This document shows positions 25,370 through 38,903 of a stretch of DNA of 64,000 nt, piece after piece. Under the pieces are notes generated by a model. It had not been told where the DNA came from. It was given only the letters and a program-made list of their open reading frames with translations, and ran no database searches. The stretch lies in assembly GCF_964194155.1 (NCBI RefSeq), contig NC_135891.1, forward strand, positions 93,744,001-93,808,000, in the 5' to 3' direction. A program made the translations under genes and the position numbers. The number at the start of each line of letters is the position of its first letter. The first letter of the stretch is position 1. This DNA comes from Cetorhinus maximus. Its lineage: Eukaryota.

Positions 25370-27290
25370 AACTGAATGGAATGTCAGAGGATTTTGGGGC
25401 TACACTTCCACTTCAAACAACTTTCCCATCTCAATGTGAGTCCACCAATCACCACCCTCACATTCATTTCACACTCTGCACCACAATGTCTCCTTGCCCA
25501 ACATCCAGTTATAAAGGCCACCAGCAAGAACCTTTATAAAATATCTTCGTGCCACAACACATCCAATTAGATAAACAACAATGAACTAAGCACCTTTGTA
25601 CAATCCCTTAATGTCTTTCTTATAGGTGCCCTTGCCTCCCCTAGTGCTCCTACACAGTGCTATCCATGTGGTTGCAGCATGGTTGGTGGAAGGCTACAGA
25701 CTTTCAAAATGGAAGCCTGCAGATGGCCAAACAGGACACCCTTAAGCGGGTCTGGGCCTAGCTTTAGACTGCAGCAACTTGGCATGAGCAGCAGGAACCC
25801 GGGCTGGCTGGCTGACAGGCAACAGCAAGGGCACTGGCAGAGTAGCAACATCATTAGTGTTCTCCTGTAGGCTGCCCCATCAAGGTCATCACCCGAGTCC
25901 CCTGCAGCAGAACTCATCTCTGTCCTCAGCCTCCAGGGAGCTGGCATGTGAGCTACCCTTTTTTCCTGGTCTGGCTACAGCCCAATCATGTCTGATAACT
26001 CACCATGTGCAGACCGTGATACAGCACCACCCTCTAAGAGCCTTGAGGTGCTTGTATCTGAGTTGCTGGTGACCTGTGTAAGATCAAGTGATGATGCATC
26101 TTCATCGCATTTATAGGGTAGCTCTGCCACTTCCTGCTGCCTCCACTGATTTGTCCAGTTAACAGTTCTTCTGCGGAGAAGAAATGGGTGGGTAGCATTT
26201 GGTGGGGGGGGGGGGGGGGGGGTGGAGGGAAAGCAAGAGTTCCATGGTCACACCATCTTCAGTTTCCACTTGATGTCACATCTCTGGATGAGAGTGAGGA
26301 AGAAGTTGAGAAGGAGCTTAATGCTCCTTCATTTACCATCACTTACCATCATCCTGGACAGTCTGCGCTGCACGAGATGCCACGGGCTTCATTGCCTCCG
26401 GTCTCAGGATGTAGAGCATCATTTCCTCCAGGTGACTCAGAATTGAATCTTGGCGCCCGCCACCCCTCACCTAGCACCCCGGTCTTCTGTCTCTCTCTGC
26501 TATTATGGGAGCTTAACTTCCTTCTGCAAGAGAGATGGCAGAGTTTCAGTGATTTTGTGACATGCCTGCCATAGCTGAAGGTGTATGGAGGCAAGGAGAG
26601 GTGGATGTGATGCTGGCAGCATTGGTAGCTGTGCATGGGTTTGGTGGAGTACGTGAATGTTAGGCGAGGATCCTGAGTGCCAGGCAGTGCAGCTGGGTGA
26701 GTGATGGAGGTGTGGCACATTGAGCAGAGTGAGAGATTGCTAATATGGTGGGAATGAGATGCACAGTAAGGATGTATTCACTCACCTTGCCCACCTGTGT
26801 GAGGTCATTTTATTTATTTCCTGCATTGCTGCCATGTCCTGACTTCAGGCCTTTACCTTCAGGGCACCATGTTCCCATTCTCTCTTCAGCCTGTGTCTTG
26901 AGGGTTTCTTTCCCACCCGGGAAAACATTGCCTCCATCCTGGAGTCCATTTCAGTGACCAGAGTCTCCAGTGTAGCATCACTAAAGCAGCGAGCCCTCAA
27001 CCTTGCCTGCTGAGACATTCTTCCAATCTTTCAAAATGTTTTTCCGTCAGCCATCATTTTTTTTAATGGGAAGCCTGGAGGTACCTCATGACCAGCGAAC
27101 GCTCTGCTGTGCGCAGAGGCTGAAGGTAGCTTGGAGGACAGAGAAACATCACTGGAGCTGCTCAAACCAATGCTACAATCATACAGCTGAAATGGGTGCA
27201 CGACAATTGTGTGCTACTGACTTCAAATGGCATGGTCATGTGCATTGCTTACCTCATGCCCAAAAAACCAGGGTAACCCAACTTTTAGCA
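25370..27290 (-). mobile_element. Old Harbinger relic (Myb/SANT gene remnant) in NIM1K intron 2
   Basis: Minus strand near 26955-27010 translates to QARLRARCFSDATLETLV, similar to RAPRFSDDCLAALL of the younger Harbinger; boundaries approximate. Confidence 0.55.
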
Positions 27291-27800
27291 TTCTGTATCC
27301 GAGCTCCCGTGCAGTTACTTTCAGTCCAAGATATAGCTATTTGGACTCAGTAAACCAGTGATTTTCCACTGAATGTTAACTGGCTGGAAAATGAGCAGCT
27401 GGAACTCTAGAGGTCTGTAGTGAGCCAAGTAACCTCATAGGATTTATTTCTTCTGGGACCAGAAGTTAACTTCTGTGGGTGCTCCTTCAGATTACCTCAG
27501 CATTGACCCAGAGAAAGGAAGGAAGAACAGCCAATGAAGGCAGCCTTTGTGAAAGTCAAAGCGGGATACTCATATTTAAACTATGGCTAACTTATACTTT
27601 AAAACATTAAAATGTCAGCTAAACATAATTGGGAGGGGTGTATCACTGTTGCATTTTATCATTCTCCTCTTCCTAATGGTTAGAATGCAATTGTCCCACG
27701 CTAAAGGCATCCACCATGCAGGAGAGGCATCCACCGTGCAGGACCAATGGAAAGGATTGGGTAGATGCCACAGAATTTGGAAAGAAGATGGCCAAACTGC

Positions 27801-28871
27801 TGTTATGCTGTTGAATTAGATCTATTTGTTTCTGGCACTCAGGGAGGTGCTGTGATGAAAAGCCGATTGCAGCCATAAATTACTTATAGGCATATTGAAC
27901 TTTTTGAGGAAGTGTGTTTTTAAAGAAATATAAGCAAGGACACTGAGCAAAAGATGGCTAATAATGTAAAGTGACCACTTTCTGGAAAAATCCTATGCGG
28001 ATTATACTGACAGACCTGTCCTGAGAGAACATGGAATGTCGCACCTGAAAATATGTCATGGCCTCCTTCAAGAAGAGACACTTGAAAGGGAGATAGGAAA
28101 GATGCAAAAGACTGAACTTTAATCTCCTGTGGTTGCAGAGACAAAGACTGATTACCACACCTCAGCAGTCATGTGAAATCTATCTCCTGTTGATTTATAC
28201 CTCAGAATGTGTAAAATGGTCAGCATTGAAAGAAAACAGACTCTGGGCACAAGACAGGGAAAATTGGGTTAAAAAGCTAGCTACAGAGCAGTGGAGGGTG
28301 TGCTGGTGCGCTGTGTGTGACAGCAACAAGACCACCAACTGGTCACCCCTGCAGTTGCAGGTGAAGTCTCTCTCTCTCTCTCTCTCTGTTGCTGGAGGCA
28401 AGGCTCAGCAAAAGCCACAATCAAAAAATAGGACAGCCTCTTCAGCTATCCTGCAGATTCCAAGTGTCTCCAAACCAACTGTGAAACTTCCAAAGTCAGC
28501 TCTACCAGAATCACCCAACTTAATGGCTGCAACATTTCACCATCAATGCCTCATGAACAAGCCAAAGATTGATTTGTATATCCTTTTTAGCCTTTATTTG
28601 GACTCTTATCTTCTCATTTCTGATCTGTGTGTATGTGTGTTGCATTTTTATTATTTTTCTCAGGTTTTTTGTAACTAATAAGCTTACTCTTTCTTTGACT
28701 CAAGAAAGCCTGGTTAAATTGGCTCCTTCTTAAAAAAATAAATACATTTGGACTGGGAAAAGGTATCCACGGGGGAAGGGTTCCCTTTCAAATTAACCTT
28801 GTTGTGACCAACTGACGGGGTTGAATAAAGAAGGAGAGCCAGCTTATTCCTCCTCACCCACAAGCATAACA
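27801..28871 (+). mobile_element. LTR followed by a degenerate tRNA-Pro-like primer binding site
   Basis: Perfect 9-bp terminal inverted repeat TGTTATGCT...AGCATAACA; followed by aaattggggtccc and tgggggacttcgcccgga, similar to TGGGGGCTCGTCCGGGA. Confidence 0.65.
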
Positions 28872-29354
28872 AAATTGGGGTCCCATTTGGGAACAAAATG
28901 GGGGACTTCGCCCGGAGACCGGTTCTAACAGTGTACAAGAGTTACCTCTACCTTATTCAAAAAAGGAAGCCCTAAAGAGCCAGTTAGAAGGCCGCCTCCC
29001 AGAGAATTGCTGAGCCAGTCTTGCTACTGGAAAGTACAGCCTCAGGACCTCCATTTTGTCTCAACATTGGTTCCCCAAAGCCTGTAGGAAAATCTAGCCC
29101 TATTACTGTCAGAGAAGTAAAGAGAAAGGGATGATAATATTACAAATGTTAATCTTGGCTATGCTCTGGGGAGAAGTCATTACTGGAATAGAAAAATGGA
29201 CTTGGTGCTGGTGATAGCCCTGATATTGAGTGGTCCTGGTGCTCCTGGTATGTTTATTATAACTGAGAGACTATAAACTCCTCAATTTTCTCATCTGTTC
29301 CTTCCCTGATTGCTTCTTATTTTGCCTGCCTAACTTTCCATTTTCCTTTTTCAG

Positions 29355-30104
29355 CATGAGAACAATGTGATCCATCGGGATCTCAAGGCAGAAAATGTGT
29401 TCTACTCAGGTACTAACTGTGTGAAGGTGGGTGACTTTGGCTTCAGTGCACTGTCTCCTCTGCATGACCCCTTAGACACTTTATGTGGCTCCCCTCCATA
29501 TGCAGCCCCAGAGCTGTTTAGAGAGAAGAGCTACTTTGGAATCCACGTGGACATCTGGGCTCTGGGCATCTTACTATACTTCATGGTGACAGCAACTGTT
29601 CCTTTCCGTGCAGAAAACATCAGGACGCTGAAAAAGTGCATTTTACGAGGATCATACACAATTCCAGCCTATGTATCAGACTCCTGCCAGAAACTAATCC
29701 ATGGAATTCTTCAAACCATTCCAACAAACCGTTACACCCTGACCAACATCCTGGAAAGTCCATGGCTGAAGGGAGTGGAATGTCCAGAGCCATACCAACC
29801 ATTCCGCTTGAATCCAACCCACCTGGCCAGCTCTGTACCTCTAAACGAAGAGGAAAAGGAGGTGAAGAAATCATTGAGGAGCCTGGGAATCACAGAGAAG
29901 CACATCTACAATAATTCTACTTGGGACTGCCGCAGTCCCATAACTGGGACTTACCGCATCATTCTCCACCGGAGCCAAAAGAGGCACTATTCAGAGAGTC
30001 CTATCATGGTGAACAATTGTCCTGCAAGAACCAGGTTGAATGAAAGCAAGAAGAGGCGTTTCAAAGCAGGTGCACAGACCTCTAGGACGTGTCTGATTCT
30101 GTAA
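29355..30104 (+). CDS. NIM1K: NIM1-like kinase, coding exon 3 (last); spliced CDS 1308 nt = 435 aa
   Basis: Pyrimidine tract plus cag| acceptor; [43 protein letters not shown]; ends TSRTCLIL-stop. Exon phases join in frame (289+269+750 nt). Confidence 0.95.
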   Translation, partial: HENNVIHRDLKAENVFYSGTNCVKVGDFGFSALSPLHDPLDTLCGSPPYAAPELFREKSYFGIHVDIWALGILLYFMVTATVPFRAENIRTLKKCILRGSYTIPAYVSDSCQKLIHGILQTIPTNRYTLTNILESPWLKGVECPEPYQPFRLNPTHLASSVPLNEEEKEVKKSLRSLGITEKHIYNNSTWDCRSPITGTYRIILHRSQKRHYSESPIMVNNCPARTRLNESKKRRFKAGAQTSRTCLIL

Positions 30105-30300
30105 ACTCAGCACACACACCAATGTCATGCTAACAATGTAGGAAAAGTTGCAACTAGATATTGCCACTGTCGAGGATGGAGATGGTTAATGAGGCAGTGA
30201 GTATCAAGAAGCTTCTCCCTGTTTCACGTGGTAAATAGCAGTAAGAAGTTTGGGATTCAGCTGTGGTCTATGTAGGTGCTGTGTACAATGGCTCAATGAA

Positions 30301-30458
30301 AATAAAGAAGATATTGATTTTTCTTACAGGGCCTCACATGCCATGAGAATTCCAGTAGAATAAAGAAATGACCAAGTAAATACACTCAATTTAAAATTAA
30401 CTAGACGATTAAGAAAGGGGATTCTCATTTTTAAACTTTAAGAAAAAAGGCAAATAAA
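30301..30458 (+). terminator. Candidate NIM1K polyadenylation signals
   Basis: AATAAA at 30301, 30359 and 30453, downstream of the stop codon. Confidence 0.5.
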
Positions 30459-30639
30459 GTTTTTATTCTTCACAGATATTCAGTATAGAAAAAGTGGATG
30501 TATGATTCTATCATTGGGACAAGAGAGTCAGATTGAAATAGTCATGTAGAAATACTGCCTGCCACAATCTTGATTAAACAAACACCCATGCAAAAGCATC
30601 TAAATGTCTACCTTTTGTCTGAAATCTTAACACATATAT

Positions 30640-30950
30640 CAAAAACACCCCAAGATCTTTCAAATATTGTGCATTCAAGTGCAGTAACAACTATTATTTG
30701 TAGGCAAATGTTGTGGTCACATTGTCCTAAGCAAGGTTACACAAAGAACAATGAGATGAAAGCTTTTGTAACTTTTGTCGAGGGTGGAATATTTGATTAG
30801 GACACCAGGCAAATTCCCTGCTCCACTTTGGGTAACGTGATAGCATCTTTCACATTCACCTGAATGAGCCAAGTAGGCAGATGGGACTTTGAAATAATAT
30901 CTCATTGAAAGGTAGCACCTACAACAATGCAGCACTCCCTCAGTACTGCT
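30640..30950 (-). mobile_element. Deu-domain SINE remnant (SacSINE/AmnSINE-like)
   Basis: Minus strand cagtactgagggagtgctgcattgttgtaggtgctacctttcaatgaga..., resembling the DeuSINE central domain. Confidence 0.6.
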
Positions 30951-31537
30951 CAAGTGAACACAACTTGAACTGCATAACATATATATATTTTAAATGATAG
31001 TCATTTAAATCTAAAAGTTGCTTAGCATAACAATTTCATGAAAGTATACAATTGTGAAAACATGTTTTCATTTGCTTAAATACTGTAAAACTTTATTTTC
31101 CTCTGTGAATTTTAGCAAAATAAGATTAGAGAATGAAGTGGGGAATTATTTGCAGGTCTTCTAAAAAGCACGGGCTAGGCTTCCTTTCACACCTCACTCC
31201 AAGTCTACAATGCCTAATTTGCTGATAGATTTTTAGCACCATTTTCTTCCTCTGCTCTGTTCTCTCTTGTGCCTGTGTGTCATACAACTCTATCTATGGG
31301 TTGCGGTGAAGAGGCATTGCCTGCCTTCATGACCTGAAGACCTATATCCTAACTGCGTAGCTATACTATTGGTAAGAATACTTATGCTGAAAGGGTCAAA
31401 GTGTGGAGATTGGACAAAAAGCAGTTATGCTGCTAAGAGCCTGGTCCTTGCTCAAGTACAATTGGATCATTTCAGTACCGATGGCTCTAATTTACTGCAA
31501 TGAGATTGCTGGATCCTCAGACTCCAACTACAACAGT

Positions 31538-32089
31538 GGGCAGGATATTGAGGCCGGCGAACGGGGACAGGCCCCGCTCACTGACACGTAAAATGACGCG
31601 GGATGACGTTAGGCGGAACTCCCGCGTCATTTCAATTTTCAGGTCGGCAGGGGCGCAGCCGAATCAGCTGTGCGCCCACCGACCTGTCATCGGCCAATTG
31701 AGGCCATTTAAAAAGTAATTGAACTTGTTAAAGGACCTGCCCGTCCAACCTTAAGGTGTCACATGAGGGGACATGTCAGGGAAATTTTATTTTTCTATAT
31801 TTAACATTTTTGAATTTGGCGCCGATCTCTCTGAGGCAGCACTTAGCCTCAGGAAGATGAGTGAGCTCTTTTGTGCGCATGCGCGAAAGAGCGCACTCTC
31901 GGCTGAGGGAATCCCCCCTCCTCCCACCCGTCCGCACAGGGACCGCACAGTGCTTCCGGGTGGACGTCACGCTGAGCGGGCCTTAACTGGCCCGCCCACG
32001 TAAAATGGCAGTGCACCCCCAATTGGGGGCACCAATCGGAGGCGCACCCGCTCCTGAACCTCCCCCCGGATCGGGGGAAAATTCTGCCC
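31538..32089. mobile_element. Non-autonomous Harbinger MITE
   Basis: TIRs GGGCAGGATATT / AAAATTCTGCCC; 3-bp TSD AGT; subterminal sequences shared with 38398-42812. Confidence 0.85.
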
Positions 32090-32479
32090 AGTGTCTAGTG
32101 TCTTACAGGGCAGTGGAAAGTGCTCAAAGATTGTCTGTTGATTTTAATGTTAAAATTTTCATTTGTCCTTGCCATTGAATCACAAAATAAGGGACAAGAA
32201 GGCGACAACAGCTTGGTACAAAACACTTTCATTTAAATCCATTCCTGTGCAAGTTTCAGCCTTTTTTGCAGGGCAGACAGGGAAATAGAAGCATTGTTGC
32301 TATGGGTGATTAGTAAAGCAGTAAGGCATGGGGATGCAGGGAGATTCAACTGCAAACTTTCATGAAAGGATTCTGGTTGATTTGGGTTGAATATCTAAGA
32401 AAACATTTAGAAGAATCCAAGATAATTAAGAAGCCCCTTTTTTAGGGTTTATACATGAGAGGAAAAGGCAAGGAAAAGT

Positions 32480-33581
32480 GGCCCAAAAATTGACAGCCTT
32501 TTAAGAGTCAGGTCAGTTCACTGTGACCAGTAGGTTACCCTGTATACTGCACTCATAAAGCTGACAAAGAACAGAACTTGACATTGACTTTATGCAACAT
32601 GAGAGGCAAGACATTGAAAGAGTAGAACAGAGAACTGTTTTGATAACATGAAATCTGGCTTGTTCAGACATCACTATTGCTGCAAAGGTGAGGACCAAGC
32701 TGGCTGGAATGAGATATCTGGTGCCCACAGAATGTGCAATCAATGGCACCCTGCACCAGTGGGAATCTCACCACCCTGGCAAAGCCCAGGCCCCCTTCTC
32801 CTGCTTCTCCCAGCTTTGAAAAAAGGCTCTGAAGTCGCCTTTCCTGGCAACCCTGATGCAGCAAAGCAGAGCAAATTGTGGGAAGTTGGCAATGTTGTTG
32901 ACTCCAGCCTGGAAGGATCCTGAGGTTTAGAAATTTAGAGCCACAGTGATCTCCATGGCCATTGATATTGTCATCCCTGCCCTGCTGTGGCTGCAGGTCC
33001 TTTTGAAGGAGGTGGCACAGTTCATTGATCACCTCCTTGCTCCTTAGACACTGCTCCTGGCTGAGGTGGCTGTCAGAGAAAGGTTCCCTGAAGATCCTAG
33101 GCGGGCACAAACTTCTATTGAGAGCCTTCCTTCTTCTCCTGTGCATAGCTTCCCTCTCTGCTGCCTGTGCTCTCTGCCCAACAGGGGCTGCAAATATATA
33201 GCCCCATGAGTGAGTGCAGGTTTTCTGCTCAGAGGCCTTGAAATGCTACTGAACTCCTTAGAAAAGTCGAGCATCACTCCCTTATAACTCCAACAACTTT
33301 TTAGAACTCCTCCAACAACACAGTAGACTAACTTGCACGAGGAAAAGAAAGTCAAAAGCAACTCACCTGAAAATTCCATGCTGATCCCTTAAAATAAAGT
33401 GTGAGTTAGGGGGTGGTTAGCATTGGACGCTGAGTGATCTGCCCACTCCACACGCTTCCGACACATACATGGCATGTGCATAGCATGCCCAGACTAGTAT
33501 AGTGGATTGACTACCATATTTGGGACTCCAGGCTTCCATAGCAAAAACAGCAGTGGCATTATGAGGTCCAATTTTGTGGCC
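32480..33581 (-). mobile_element. Old Harbinger relic (HARBI1-like transposase remnant)
   Basis: Minus ORF PPRIFRE..HLSQEQCL..SKEVINELCHLLQKDLQP and GFARVVRFPLVQGAIDCT; possible TIR ggcccaaaaattg / caattttgtggcc. Confidence 0.7.
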
Positions 33582-34956
33582 GTCATGTCAAGCATGCAAT
33601 AGTTATCACTAATAAATACAACTTTTTTCTTTCCCTAGTGCAGTCTTCTTCCAGACAGACAAACATGAAACATCTTGGATGCAACCTGTAACAAAGATAT
33701 GGCTTCTTATTGATTACATCAGCATCTGGCAATGTAATTTTCAGCCTGTAAAGATGATCACCACCATGGAGCAGAATGCTGGACTGATCGCCAAATGGTA
33801 CGCTTCATGTTACTACCAGCAGGCCAACAAAATAGTCACAGAACTGTTTCAAAGTTCATTAGGCACATAGATGTGATGATACTGATGGACCCAGACAATA
33901 AACAAGAGCTGTACATTCACTGCAGAACTTGCTTGAAGTGTAACACCTGCAGATAATGAACTCGAGTGCAAAAAAAAATATAAAATTTTTCGGGTTCTGT
34001 TTGAAGCTGTGGTGTTGTGGAAAATGAAATATAATTGAAAGGAGAAAAGAGCTGATGAAATCCAATACTATACAAACTAGAATGACAGAAAGCGTTGCTA
34101 TGATAAAATAAATGAGGTATACAGCCCTAAATATATCAATACTGCTGTTCTGAAGAATGCAGATATTTCCATTTTCATTGCAGGCAAGGTATGGGTTTTT
34201 AACAAACTATTGAATAAACAGCTTTTTATTAAGGACAAAGTCTCCTTTAGAGTTGCACCACAGCCACAACATTACAACCCAAGATGAGATCCACATAATT
34301 ACAAAGGTTAGCAAATCAAGCAAGATCGAAGGTCAGTCCACTGAGGGCCTAGTGCGAGGAGATCTGTCTGAGAACTAATCGCTGGAGTGCTCCTCTGTTA
34401 TTCCTTGCCACTGCTTTCTGAGCATGCCCTGAGAGTACAGGCTATTTCTTTTCCTTTCCATCTCTTCACCAAAACTTCCAGTGGAGCATGTGAAAACTTT
34501 GATGTCCGCTTTCTTCCATGGTCAACTATTATTGATTATTGCACTGCGCACTATTCCCAATGCTCAGCAAACCGCCCCCCCACTCCGCCCCACCCCAGTA
34601 GCCACAATGCCCCTTCCTTTAAAGAGGTGCAGGCTAATTTTAAGCAGTACAAGCCAGCTTTAAGTAATGCTAGGCAGTAACATACTGGGTTCCTGCTTAT
34701 GAGCAAGCAGCACACCATGTACTATCTGCATTCCACTGAAATATTCCACTGAAAGGGCATGGGTTCATCACGATCCTTGATCAAGGGCTAATCAATTTAA
34801 CCCCCATAGGGTCCAGAACAAAACTAGAAAGTAGAGAAAAGTATTTCAGGATGATTCCAGGAAGGCTAGAAAAAAAAAGAAATTTTGAAGCATTTCTGAA
34901 AGAAGCAGAGAATATTAAAAGTGTAATTGGACAGAAATAAACTCAAAAGTGGGCCA

Positions 34957-36381
34957 TGTTATGACATGGCAGGTGATGTGTGCCAGGTGGACCAAATTCA
35001 CAAGGGAAACTTGGCCACGCTATCACAATGGTTTTGCAATTTGTATTTATTATGAGAAGATGTGTGCCTTGAATTCAGAAGTATGAGTCCACTAAGACTT
35101 TTAGAGATTTTAAAAATTAAATTAAAATATTTATTAACAAAAGATTTCAAGCACATACACATACTATAACAAATCCTAAAATTCTTCATTAACTTAATTC
35201 GCAACTATACACCCTCTTTAAGGCAACAGTCCAAAATAGATTTTAAATTTAAAAAGCAAGCCAGCAAGTTACCACAGCACCCACTCGACAGTGGAATTCC
35301 AAAGGCTTTTCTCTAACTTTAGTTACTGGACACAGCAGACTTTTTCAAACATAGCTGGAGGCTTCTCCAAGGCTGTTTCACACACTCCTGTTAGATCTTA
35401 CATGGCCTCCCAACATCACCATCCTTCCTTCTTTATATGTTTCTCTCTTTTTAACCTGCAAATTCTACTGTTCCATATGTCTTTGCAAATTTACTTTTCC
35501 CATAATATAAAAATCTTTCATGTTGCCAATATGACCTCTTTCCTTTTGGGAAATATAAACACACTGCTTGGCCTTGCTTATCTTACCAGTTGTAAACATC
35601 CTACCATCCCTTTGAAATCCAAACAACTCCTTCACTTAGGATGTGATTGCACTGGAGGGGGTGCACAGGAGATTCACCAGGATGTTGCCTGGGATGAAAC
35701 ATTTAAGTTATGAAGAGAGGTTGGATAGACTTGGGTTGGTTTTGTTGGAGTAGAGAAGACTGAGGGGTGACCTGATCGAGGTGTACAAGATTATGAGGGG
35801 CATGGACAGGGTGGATAGGGAGCAGCTGTTCCCCTTAGTTGAAGGGTCAGTCACAAGGGGGCATAAGTTCAAGGTGAGGGGCAGGGGGTTTAGAGGGGAT
35901 GTGAGGAAAAACTTTTTTACCCAGAGGGTGGTGATGGTCTGGAATGCACTGCCTGGGAGGGTGGTGGAGGTGGGTTGCCTCACATCCTTTAAAAAGTACC
36001 TGGATGAACACTTGGCACATCATAACATTCAAGGCTATGGGCAAAGTGCTGGTAAATGGGATTAGGTAGGTAGGTCAGGTGTTTCTCACGTGTCGGTGCA
36101 GACTCGATGGGCCGAAGGGCCTCTTCTGCACTGTGATTCTGTGACTTATCTAAAAATGCAAATTTCCTTCACACCTTATATGCTAAGACCTCATCCATGT
36201 TTACTCATTAGAATTTCAAGTACCCTTCTACACTTGACTTCTTTTGATAATTTTAAGCTTGCAATCTAGCTGACTTCAATTCGATTAAATCACACAGAGA
36301 CAGAATCTTCCATACTCACCCCATAACCTACTTTACAATAAATCACAATAATATTATAAAAATTATTATAGTTTCATGACA
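34957..36381. mobile_element. Solo LTR (family of 13139-14067) with a nested CR1
   Basis: TGTTATGAC...TTCATGACA termini; colinear with the first copy once 35639-36143 is removed. Confidence 0.75.
35639..36143 (+). mobile_element. CR1 3' fragment nested in the LTR
   Basis: ORF YKIMRGMDRVDREQLFPLVEGSVTRGHKFKVRG; TSD actta at 35634-35638 and 36144-36148; the empty site is present in the 13139 copy. Confidence 0.9.
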
Positions 36382-37189
36382 ATCATAGCTAATGCTTAAT
36401 GGTTTATATTGCCAAACCTAGAGAAAGGAAAGCAATAGTGTTCATTATAAAGAGTTAAAATGCATGCTACATTACTTAAGAGGGGTGAAGATGATGATAG
36501 TCAAAGAAAGAAGACAACAACCGTGGATGGTGACAATGACCATGGACAGCAGCTCGCCAGAACCACTCAGGGGGAAGGCAAAGCTACATGCGCCAATCTA
36601 TTAAGAGGAGTCATAGGTTTATGTTTTCATTTCGGAATAGCCTGGATTTGACAGTGTCATGTTGAATGAGCATAGCTCTGTAATAATGACAGTAGGTAAA
36701 AAAAAACCCAGCTAAGAATGTGTTACATTTAGGAATCAAGCTCTTATTGTAATTCTCCATGCTTAACCTTACTGTGGCATTAGTTGCATTACAATACGTG
36801 TTGTTTAATTAATTAAAGTGGTGTTAATTGGTGCATCTCTGTGTCTGTCTTTGATTGGGATGTCTTGTAAGTAGAGAAGTTTTCATAGTGTTCTGGTTGT
36901 TATGGGTTTAGGCTTGTGCACCTGTCAATAAAATAAAGACTGGATAGTGGAAGATGATTCAAAGGTAAGCTGTGACGCGAAAGTGCTGAAAATAGAGTTG
37001 ATACAACTAATATATTTCCGACTGACACTCCTTACAGATTTTGTAGATTTAGCATTCCATAATCTTCCATGGTTCTTACAATTCAGGTGTGCACAACAAT
37101 AATATCACAAATGTATGTAATCCAGATGACATCTGAGGACAGAGCTGACAGGGTATTGCTTCATTGTTAATCTCCAGTCTTGTCTGCCT

Positions 37190-37370
37190 TGTTGGGTGGA
37201 TATAAAAGATTTTGCAAAATTATTTGAAGGCATGGAGTTCTGTCAGTGTATTAGCCAAAATCTCCTTCACTGCCAACCAACAGCAGCAAAAACAGATTAA
37301 CTTCTTATTCAAGTCATTTGCTGTTTATGAGATTTTGCCATGTACAAATTGATTGCTACATTTCCTTCCT
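37190..37370 (+). mobile_element. Deu-type SINE 3' part, degenerate
   Basis: gggtggatataaaagat..tatttgaag..aaaacagatta..ttgctgtttatgagattttgcc. Confidence 0.45.
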
Positions 37371-38903
37371 TCACAATTCTGGGCTTTGTACACCAGATAT
37401 CTGCATCTTTGTTTACCCCTGAAAACAGATCTCATGTCCCTTGTAGTCCAGACTGTTTCTTTTCTGCTCAATATCTGAATGAATGATAACCATGACCTGG
37501 GATAAGAACAGAGAAAACTTACTCCATACCCCAGCTCCTAAACTGTATCACATGCTACAATACGAATTGTCTTCTATTTACAGAAGTCAAGCTGGATAAG
37601 CACTCTGACAAAATGAACAAATGATTTTGTTTGCAACATATATGAATGAACAAAACACAGTTTTCACAGTGAGACTATAGTCTTTGATATGTAAAATTAT
37701 AAATACATAACTTGCTTTCTTTCTTATCTCTGACCCATATTTACAACTTCAAACTGACCTAATTGCACTTGTCAGGCTGGTAAGGAATTTTAAATCACTC
37801 TATGTTACAGCTGGTAGCTGGGGATTTGAAACACTATAAATGCTTTATTCTGTGTGCGTGTGTGAAAATGACCAACATCAGTCTGTGATGAATTTTCTGA
37901 CCACCAATCTGTCATTTACAGATGGTTCCTGTCAATCACGGCCCTGTCCTCTTTTGAAGGGCCCCAAAGTAACTGTCAATCAAAGCCACTTCACTTTAAA
38001 TTCGGAGTAGGGGACTGTTGCATACTCCTCTGCCTCTGCACATCATGGAAAAAGGCAGCAAAGAAAATAGCAAAGTAATTATTCATGTACAGATTTAAAT
38101 GTGAGAACACTAATATTAAATCTGAGGCATTGGTATATCAATAGTCAATTAAGATTTCTATATCTTATCCACATGCTGCCCCTCAGCGACATCATCTTGA
38201 AACACAATGACACATTTCACGTGTACACTAATGACACCCAGCTCTACCTCAACACCATCTCTCAAACTGCTCACTGCCTCTGATTTGTAATACTGCTTAT
38301 CTGACATTGAGTATTGGATGAGCAGAAATTTCATCTCCAATTAAAGATTGTGAAGGTGGTCTCCATCAAAACCGTGTTTGCATTGCACCAACTCCATGGG
38401 CAGAATTTTCACGTTGGTGTGCAGGGACGGGCCCCCCACACACGCGTGTAAAATGACATGTGGTGACGTCGGGCGAGCGTCCCGGTGTCACCGTGCGCCA
38501 TCGCGATATTTCGTTGGGGGGGGGGGGCATACTCCAGAGGAGCGTGATGCTCTCCGATCTGCGCCCGCCATTAATTAAAGGGTCACTTAAGGCCCTTGAC
38601 GATCCAATCGACCGTGATTTTTCGGCACCTGTGCAATCTTTGGGTCGGCGCATGGGCGCAACGGGCAGGACACATTTGTATAAACCTCATCCACGGGTGG
38701 GATAAGAGGGCTTAGTGGGGTCGCAAGTGTGCTCTGTCAATTATTGATTTTTCAAAGTTATTGAAACTTGCCTGTGTGATCTGCACTATTTCAAAACGCA
38801 TACCAGCTGCTTTTTCTGGACTCATAACCTTCAGGTCAGCACTCTATATTGAGGAAACTTTTTTGGGCCTGCAGGTTTCAGGAAGCCTTCCCTTAGCCTG
38901 GGA

